This document shows positions 60,799-64,000 of a stretch of DNA of 64,000 bases, in pieces. The translations under genes and the position numbers were made by a program. The DNA is from a candidate division FCPU426 bacterium (GTDB lineage: Bacteria; Oederibacteriota; Muellerivitia; Muellerivitales; Muellerivitaceae). Location: assembly GCA_963847625.1 (NCBI GenBank), contig CAWKAR010000003.1, positions 110,350-174,349 on the forward strand, read 5' to 3'. The notes under the pieces were generated by a model, which saw only the letters and a program-made list of their open reading frames with translations, did not search any database and was not told the origin of the DNA. Position 1 is the first letter of the stretch. Every line of letters begins with the position of its first letter.

Positions 60799-61784
60799 TT
60801 CAAAAAACCTCGTTTGAACAGCCTATATTGGGTAAAGGATTACATTCCTTTACGTACAACGGCTTATTTTTTGAAGGTGTTCAACCAAATACTGTTGAAC
60901 CACGAAGACCGGAAACTAGACAGCCTTCTTCTTCGTTTGGGGTTAATTTTATGGTTATTAATTATTTTGAAGAACGTAACTTTTTACGTTCCAAGAAATA
61001 TCCAGGGAGCACCTTAAGTCGCACTGACTAAGGTGATACTTCTTTCCAAACTCTATTAAAAAATGTACCGCATTTATAAAAATCCGTCAAGTTTGCCACA
61101 ATAAAATATCAATTTACTTCTTCCACTTTAAAAATTAGTTTTGAAATCCTTCCTGTATTTTTCCGAAAATAAAAGGCGACATTTTGATTAGTTTGTTCGT
61201 TAAACATTTAATTCTCTTTGCCGTGCCTTCCTCTTATTCCTCGATGGCTCTCCTAGAACCTCATAAGAAGACGGCATCCTGTTCGTAAACATTTCCCCTC
61301 GCAAGGCTTCGGTCACCTTAATCAAACACAATTTTTATGAATATTTAACCCTTACAATCAGAACTTCACAATTTAGACAACCTTTCACTTCATTGGTATG
61401 ATAAATCCCCGAATGGATGAGAAATTATTCATCATTTAGACTATTATCCATAAATTTATTTGATATTTTCTTTGTGTCCCGGAGTAATAGCATTGACAGA
61501 TAAGAATTCTAAAACTCTGCCTTTCGCGTTTTTCCGTTCTTTTAACTATTTCCTGCTCATGGCTGGGCTTAAACCTTCTTTTATATTCTTCCCTGTTCAG
61601 CCACTTATACATGGTCAATCTTCCTAATGTCTCGTTGCTGGGTAAAGAAATCCTCTTAAAAATCATCGGTTTCCTATTTATGTTTTCGAGCGTAATTATC
61701 AGTCATTAATTTGCCCCTTGGTGCTTTACTAGCACACTATCTCTTCCTCTTCTTGAACGTGTAGCGTTTGTTATAATCCATCAC

Positions 61785-63704
61785 ATGACAACTCAATATT
61801 CCTTTCAATCCTGGACTTTGTCCTCGTTGTTTAGATCTTTTATCAAAAATCCCTGGTGCTGGGCTCTTTTTTCTAGTTTTCTCCTCCTAACTCTATTAAG
61901 CGCACATTTCATCCAAGACCTGGACTTGGGTTATCACCTTAGAAGTGGACAGTGGATTTTGAAAAACCATAGCGTTCCAACTAAGGATGCTTATACCTAT
62001 ACGGTTCCCGATCAAGATTATGTTGACAGCCATTGGCTATACCAGATTGTGCTTTACTTGATATATTTTGTTGGTAGTTATTCTTTACTTACCCTATTTA
62101 ATATTATTTTGATAATCGCAGTTTTTTCAGTTTTATGGGTACGGCTTCAATTAACCGGCGCGCCTTTCTTTATGTCCACGCTTTTATTTGCTTGGGCTGT
62201 CTGGGCCTGTGAAGTCCGATTCCAAGTCCGACCGGATATTCTCAGTTGGATGTTTATGTGCGGGATGCTTTTGATATTGGAACAAAGAGCAGTTCGAACA
62301 AGAGGTTTCCTTTTCCTTCTTCCTGTTTTTCAACTCTTTTGGGCAAACACTGAGGGATTATTCATATTGGGGTGGTGCTTGATAGCTGTTTTTTTGGTTT
62401 CAGCCACTTTTCATCAACATAGGATAGATTCGAAGTTGTTGCGATATTCGGGTCTAGCTATAGTACTTTGCTTAGTGAACCCATATTTTTTCAAAGGGGT
62501 ATTATTCCCGTTTAAACTTTGGCAGACACTCCACTCTGATCTAATCCAACCAAATATTACTGAATTCATGTCTCCCTGGTCCCATACAAACCTTCAAACT
62601 ATGCCTGATGCACAGTTATGGACCTATAAATTATTCGGCGTTCTTCTTTTGCTGCTTCTATTGATTACATTTAAGAAGCGGAAGCTATACGAAATATTCC
62701 TGTTTATTATATTCTTTTACCTTTCCGTGATTGCTGTTCGAAACGTTCCGATTTTCATACTCACTTGCTTACCAACCCTAGCTTCTTGTTGGAAGGATTT
62801 GGAGTGGTCTTGGTTGCAGAAAGTCCAGGAGTCATTTCTGTTTAAGACCTGTGCAGCCTGGACACTCACGGCCCTGCTTATTGGTTTGGGGCTGAGAGTT
62901 ATCACAAATGCCTATTATTTGGATGACCTCAGGTTGGACCGGTTTGGCCTGGGGGTGAATAACGAAAGCCAACCCATGCGAGCCGCCGATTTCCTGGTCC
63001 AAAATCACTTGGACGGGAGAATATTGAATTCTTTGAATTCAGGGGGGTGGTTGGACTGGGAGGGAAAACAAAAAATATTTATCGACGGTCGCTTGGAGGT
63101 GATGGGAGAGAAATTATTTGCTGAATATATCGCGGCCCAAAATCCCGATAAAGTTGTGCCATTAGCTGACAAATATTCAGCAGAAATAATATTCTTTAAA
63201 ATCACAGATTCCACCCAATGGATTTACGATCTTCAAAATAATAAAAATTGGCGACCGGTTTACGTGGATGGTAATTGCGTGATATTTCTAAGGAAAGGTT
63301 ACGCGCCACAAGTGCCAGCCTTGGACGACACGCAAGTTATGGAAGTAAACAACATTAAGGCTCAGATAACGAACCAGGCTTCGGAAATATTAAATTTGCC
63401 CATACCAACATATTGGAATTCCTTTTGGAGGGGCTTTTACAACCCACCGGCATATCCAAACGAAATTGTAAATGTAGGAACTTTCTTTTTCGTGAGCAAT
63501 CATCCCAAAACTGGTGAAGAATTTTTCTTAAAAGCTCTCCAGATTTCAAACGGAAATTATTTGGATATATACTTAAAACTCGGTTTCTTTTATTACCACT
63601 TCAAGCAATACGCAGAGGCTTGCCTCTGCGTGGATCAAGTATTAAAAAAAGATCCAACCAACCCGATAGCACGACACATTTTTGAAAGCCTGCCACATGG
63701 TTGA
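61785..63704 (+). CDS. Polytopic membrane protein (GT-C-like) with C-terminal TPR
   Basis: DLGYHLRSGQWI, WLYQ, VRP, LFWANT, FIDGR; TPR-like tail. Confidence 0.7.
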   Translation: MTTQYSFQSWTLSSLFRSFIKNPWCWALFSSFLLLTLLSAHFIQDLDLGYHLRSGQWILKNHSVPTKDAYTYTVPDQDYVDSHWLYQIVLYLIYFVGSYSLLTLFNIILIIAVFSVLWVRLQLTGAPFFMSTLLFAWAVWACEVRFQVRPDILSWMFMCGMLLILEQRAVRTRGFLFLLPVFQLFWANTEGLFILGWCLIAVFLVSATFHQHRIDSKLLRYSGLAIVLCLVNPYFFKGVLFPFKLWQTLHSDLIQPNITEFMSPWSHTNLQTMPDAQLWTYKLFGVLLLLLLLITFKKRKLYEIFLFIIFFYLSVIAVRNVPIFILTCLPTLASCWKDLEWSWLQKVQESFLFKTCAAWTLTALLIGLGLRVITNAYYLDDLRLDRFGLGVNNESQPMRAADFLVQNHLDGRILNSLNSGGWLDWEGKQKIFIDGRLEVMGEKLFAEYIAAQNPDKVVPLADKYSAEIIFFKITDSTQWIYDLQNNKNWRPVYVDGNCVIFLRKGYAPQVPALDDTQVMEVNNIKAQITNQASEILNLPIPTYWNSFWRGFYNPPAYPNEIVNVGTFFFVSNHPKTGEEFFLKALQISNGNYLDIYLKLGFFYYHFKQYAEACLCVDQVLKKDPTNPIARHIFESLPHG

Positions 63705-63809
63705 TTGCGACGCCTCTCAAAGAAATTTCCAGCGCTTTCACGCGCCGATTCTTCCTTGTACCGAATATAGGCATTTCAAGTAATGCAATTTATCTTAGCA
63801 CGACCAACT

Positions 63810-64000
63810 TGACCTTTCCCCCGAAAACTGATCCAAAAATATGTTAGTTTTGGATTATAGATCGGGAGGGGAAAGATGGCAAAGAAACGGTTTTTATCTG
63901 AGCAGATAGTGGCTATTCTCCGCGAGGCGGAGAAAGCTCCCGCCGTTGAGGAAGTTCTCCGAAAGCATGGCATTTCCGAGCAGACTTACTACCGCTGGAA
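63810..64000 (+). mobile_element. IS3 family insertion sequence (copy 2, runs off the window)
   Basis: Matches 59218 onward. Confidence 0.92.

Overview
Bacterial accessory and core DNA. The main hidden structure is a family of about 11 co-oriented intergenic 28-bp sites (TGTCCA-N7-TCCCC-N4-TGGACA: inverted arms around an invariant asymmetric TCC core). Two of them are 53-bp variants with a covarying internal hairpin. They divide 2.3-35.3 kb and 56.5-57.3 kb into gene modules: AbiE TA, an oxidative-stress cluster, hemerythrin plus PAS-cyclase, an NHL lipoprotein, nitroreductase plus hemA, a 15-kb Cyc2/bc/bd-like respiratory module, PIN TA, a P-loop kinase, RelE/Phd TA and a membrane protein. 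This resembles an integron-like cassette array using non-attC sites related to tRNA 3' ends. No recombinase gene was seen in the window. Also present: an IS1380 one-ended transposition unit carrying a 1202-bp copy of the abiE locus (TTTAA target duplication), IS30, IS256 inside a 43-bp minisatellite, two IS3 copies next to tRNA-Leu, and an acyl-CoA dehydrogenase/ETF/FixC locus. All calls are by eye from motifs; no database searches were run.
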